A DNA stretch of 49,895 nt from Chrysochromulina tobinii. Taxonomy: Eukaryota. Shown here piece after piece: positions 46,505 through 49,895 of the stretch. The stretch is from assembly GCA_001275005.1 (NCBI GenBank), contig JWZX01003403.1:1-49895 (forward strand), given 5' to 3'. Numbering within the stretch: position 1 is the first letter of the stretch; every line of letters begins with the position of its first letter. The notes beneath the pieces are model-generated. The model saw only the letters and a list, made by a program, of their open reading frames with translations. It was not told the DNA's origin and searched no databases. The translations under genes and the position numbers were made by a program.

Positions 46505-47740
46505 GAGCAGCGGGCCGAGTCCTCCGAGCCACTGCAGCCATCGGTATGGGCGGGCGGGCAGGAGGGAGGCGACCGCGTCGGCCTCGCTCGCGGCACGGCC
46601 AGCGGCGGCGGCGAGCCGATGGCTAGCCAGCGAGGAGCGCAGGTCCGGGAACTGACTCCCATCGTCCGCCTCCGCACCCGTCTCGGCGCCTTGCCCCGCC
46701 CTGTCCCCAGCGGGAGTGGGGGGAGTGGGGGCCACGTCGCGTGCACTCTTGGGGAGCTGCGTGTACAGGCGGCGGAGGGTGGCGTCGGCGGCTGCGGGCG
46801 TGGCCGCGGCACCGAGTAGCTGCAGCCCTCCAAAATATGCAAAGGTCACCGTCGCAGTCCCAGCCGCGCGGCGTGCACTGATCACCACCTGGAGCGGGTG
46901 GCGAGCGAGGCCACTCTCGGCCGCGCCGCCAGCGCCGCCAGCGCCGGCGCCGGCGCCTTCGGATGCCTTCGCGAGCGCCTGTGCCGCCTCCACGTCGCCG
47001 ACGATGGAGAGTGTCGCGTCGGCCTCGAAGGCTCGAAGGTAGGCCGCCGCCGTCATCGCGAGCGTGTACAGGGGCGAGGGGAGGAGGGGCGCGAGGGGGT
47101 GGAAGGGCTCGGCGCTGCGCGGCATGGGGAGCAGCTCCGCCTGAAGCGCCGCCGCCGCCGCCGTGACCGTCTCCATCTGCGCATCCACCGCTGCCTTGAG
47201 CTCCGACGCTTTCTCTTCTGCTGATGCGAGCGACGCCTTGCGCGCCACGAGGCCGTCGCGCAGCGCGTGGAGGCGGACGCGCTCGTCGCGCTCGACACCC
47301 AGTCGGTACAGCGTCTGCTGGTGCGCCACGTCCGGCGGCGGCGCCGCGCCCGGCTGCTGCAGACGCCGCGCGCTCACCGCTGCCTCAAGTGAAATGACGT
47401 CCGAGAGCACGGCCTCGGTCGCCACGGCATCGGCCGTGCTCGCGGGCGGCTCGGCGCATTCGGAGATGGCGCGCTGAAGCCGTCCGCGCTGGTACTTGAG
47501 CGCGCGCAGCTCATCGTCCGCCTCTGTGAGCCGCCGCTTGGCGCGCTCGACGGCCTCCTCGCCCGAGGCGTGAGCGGCGAGCGTGCCCGCGACCACGCCG
47601 CGCAGCTCCATCAGTACCGCAGACGACTCGCCGAGGAGCACCTCCTGCGACTTGCTGCTCGGCTTCGCGGCGCGCTTGGCCGCCAGCAGCGTCTCGGCCG
47701 AGGCCCTCAGCTTGTTGAGGAGCGCGTGCTCGGCAGACAT
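46448..47740 (-). CDS. THOC5: THO complex subunit 5 homologue
   Basis: ELRALKYQRGRLQRAISEC, HQQTLYRLGVERDERVRL, LLPSPLYTLAMTAAAY, LSIVGDVEAAQAL, RHPLQV and RPYRWLQWLGGL match THOC5/FMIP blocks as I recall them. Confidence 0.82.
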   Translation of the reverse strand: MSAEHALLNKLRASAETLLAAKRAAKPSSKSQEVLLGESSAVLMELRGVVAGTLAAHASGEEAVERAKRRLTEADDELRALKYQRGRLQRAISECAEPPASTADAVATEAVLSDVISLEAAVSARRLQQPGAAPPPDVAHQQTLYRLGVERDERVRLHALRDGLVARKASLASAEEKASELKAAVDAQMETVTAAAAALQAELLPMPRSAEPFHPLAPLLPSPLYTLAMTAAAYLRAFEADATLSIVGDVEAAQALAKASEGAGAGAGGAGGAAESGLARHPLQVVISARRAAGTATVTFAYFGGLQLLGAAATPAAADATLRRLYTQLPKSARDVAPTPPTPAGDRAGQGAETGAEADDGSQFPDLRSSLASHRLAAAAGRAASEADAVASLLPARPYRWLQWLGGLGPLLTSTPHPSQLVLERLLKAL

Positions 47741-48095
47741 TTACCTCCGGTTTCGTTATTCATAGCCTTTTTTTTTGGTGTTCTTGTTAACAGTGAAACG
47801 AGACATAGAGAAGACTTGCTTTATATAATTCGTTCATCCAGAACGGCTATTCATACTCGGAAATGTATCGAATTTTCGGTTCTGCGCATCGTTCAGTTTA
47901 CGTTCAGTGTGAAATTACCAAACACACTGTAGGAAGGTAGAAGAGAGAGTACACCGTCTATTCTTTGTGTAGAGCATGCCATGCAACGCGCTGTCGTCGA
48001 TCATGAAGGCGAGTCAGACGAGGATCGAGCTGTCGACCAGCAGCAGGCACATACGCACTTCATCGCAAACGTACGCATCATGCACTCCACGCATC

Positions 48096-49895
48096 TCACA
48101 GATTCAGCTCAAAGCGAGCCTTTCCTTGCACTGCGCTCCTAATCAAGGCTTCCCCTTCCTCGCCCATGTACGATCCTTCTTTACTGCTGCGGAGGTCGCA
48201 CCTGGTCAATGCGCCATTGACGCACAGAGCGTCGGCGATCGCAGTAATGCCCGTCATGTCCCTGCCGCGGTTAGTGAGATGATTTTCGGACAGGTCGACG
48301 CTCGTCAGCGCGCCGTTGACGACAAGCATCTTGGCCACGTGCTTGGCACCTGCTGACCCTCCGATGTTGTCTTCGTACTCGCCGATCGTAAAGCCGTACG
48401 CGCCGCCGCTGATGTCAAGCTTCTTGAGCGTCTGGTTCTGTTCCAGTGCCTCGCAGATGGCTTTGGTGCCCTCCTCCCCCAACCTGTTTTTGGCTAGGGA
48501 CAACATCGTCAGCGCGCCATTGACGCGCATGGCGTCGGCAATCGCTGTGACGCCCTCTGCAGTGTAAGTTCCTTCCCCATGATAACGATCGAGGCCGCAC
48601 AGCTGGTTGTAGCTGAGGTTGAGGCTCGTCAGCCCGCCTGTTACAACGGCCTGTGTCAGGTCCGACGCCAGCAGGATCGCATCAGGCGGCTTGAGGTTCT
48701 GCTTGGAGAAGTCAGCGGTGGTCTGGTCGCGCCGGATGCCGCAGAGCGAGATACCCTTCTGCTTGGCGACCTCAGCTAGCATCTTGGCCGACGCCTCATC
48801 GAGCGGATTGCCCAGTAGGTTGGTCACCGTCAGCGCGCCATTAACACGCAGGGCGTCGGCGATTGCAGTGATGCCCTCTGCGGTGTAGGTGCCATGTCCG
48901 CACTGGCGGTGGTCAGTCCAGACGCCGCAGAGCTGGTTGTCGGAGAGGTTGATGCTCGTCAGCGCGCCATTGACGCGCAACGCGTCTGCGAACACCTTGG
49001 CGCCTTCCGGACCAAAAAAGTTCCAGCTGACATCGATTTTCGTCAGCGCGCCATTGCGCAGAGCGTCAGCAATTGCTGTGATCCCCTCTGCAGAATAAGT
49101 TCCACGCCCATAACAATCGAGGCCGCACAGCTGGTTGCTGGAGAGGTCCAGGCTCGTCAGCCCGCCTGTGACGGCTACCATAGCAGCAACTGCGTTTGCT
49201 CCCATTGGACCGATGCCGTTGTCCGTGACGTTGAGCGACGCGAGCTTGGTCTCCTTGTTGCTCTGGATGGCCCTGCAGACTGCGCTTACGCCCTCATCCT
49301 CGAGGTCATTGAAGGACAAATTAAGGGCCGTCAGCCCGCCCATGACGGGTATGAGACCTGCAACGACCATGCCTCCCTCGACTCCGACGTACTTCTGATT
49401 CAGGTCCAGTTCCGTGAGCGAGTCGGCGCGCATCTCCTTGATCGGGATCTCGTTGAACATCTCGATCTTGAGGTTTCCGATGACTGCCGCTGAGAGCTGC
49501 TCAGCGACGTCGCCCGCGATCTTGTTATGGCGGATGTCGATGCGTGTTAGCGCGCCGTTGACGCCAAGAGCTGCGGCGAGCTCCCTGATGCCTGTCATGT
49601 CCCTGCCGGAGTCGGTAAGATCATTTCCGGACATATTGATGCTCGTCAGCCCGCCATTGACGCGCAGAGCGTCGGCAATCGCTGTGATGCCCTCTGCAGT
49701 ATAAGTTCCATTGCCATATTCATCGATGCCGCACAGCTCGTTGGAGCTGAGGTTGAGGCTCGTCAGCCCGCCCATGACAGGCACGAGGTACGCAAGAAGC
49801 ATGCCATCTTCGACGCCGATATTTCTCTCTTGCAGGTCGAGCTCAGAGACGGAGTCGTCGCGCATCATCTGCACCGGTATGCCGCGAATCTCGCC
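48096..49895 (-). CDS. NLRC3-like / ribonuclease-inhibitor-type leucine-rich-repeat protein (5'-partial)
   Basis: Repeated LTSLNLSxNQLCG...GTYTAEGITAIADALRVNG(A/G)LT modules. The frame stays open to the window edge (..EIRGIPVQMMR). Confidence 0.88.
   Translation of the reverse strand, partial: GEIRGIPVQMMRDDSVSELDLQERNIGVEDGMLLAYLVPVMGGLTSLNLSSNELCGIDEYGNGTYTAEGITAIADALRVNGGLTSINMSGNDLTDSGRDMTGIRELAAALGVNGALTRIDIRHNKIAGDVAEQLSAAVIGNLKIEMFNEIPIKEMRADSLTELDLNQKYVGVEGGMVVAGLIPVMGGLTALNLSFNDLEDEGVSAVCRAIQSNKETKLASLNVTDNGIGPMGANAVAAMVAVTGGLTSLDLSSNQLCGLDCYGRGTYSAEGITAIADALRNGALTKIDVSWNFFGPEGAKVFADALRVNGALTSINLSDNQLCGVWTDHRQCGHGTYTAEGITAIADALRVNGALTVTNLLGNPLDEASAKMLAEVAKQKGISLCGIRRDQTTADFSKQNLKPPDAILLASDLTQAVVTGGLTSLNLSYNQLCGLDRYHGEGTYTAEGVTAIADAMRVNGALTMLSLAKNRLGEEGTKAICEALEQNQTLKKLDISGGAYGFTIGEYEDNIGGSAGAKHVAKMLVVNGALTSVDLSENHLTNRGRDMTGITAIADALCVNGALTRCDLRSSKEGSYMGEEGEALIRSAVQGKARFELNL

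Overview
GC-rich, gene-dense eukaryotic genomic DNA with short spliceosomal GT-AG introns. Inference: a flagellated alga, most likely a haptophyte (Chrysochromulina/Prymnesiales-like), judged from the RI-type LRR family, bipartite-looking targeting peptides and the repeat-built intron. About 18 protein-coding genes are supportable. They include a 13.7-kb single-ORF outer-arm dynein beta-type heavy chain, a 4-exon SMCHD1/GMI1-like GHKL-ATPase/SMC-hinge protein, a divergent Skp1-like protein, a signal peptide + ASCH fusion and a secreted FKBP. Also present are a WW+ShKT prolyl 4-hydroxylase, an FHA protein with GYGQQ repeats, a 2OG-Fe(II) oxygenase, a GH5 hydrolase with a 4-TM insertion, a SAP-domain protein, a FabF/OXSM-type ketoacyl synthase, a START/polyketide-cyclase protein, THOC5 and a partial NLRC3-like LRR protein. 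Non-coding highlights: (1) an identical 28-bp element upstream of three unrelated genes in the same orientation; (2) a ~525-bp foldback/MITE-like element; (3) an intron made of three tandem splice-junction-bearing units; (4) a 62-bp tandem repeat containing the THOC5 stop codon; (5) a structured ~590-bp element ending in (CGAAA)3. No rRNA, tRNA or CRISPR array was seen. All homology calls come from motif recognition by eye, not from database searches.
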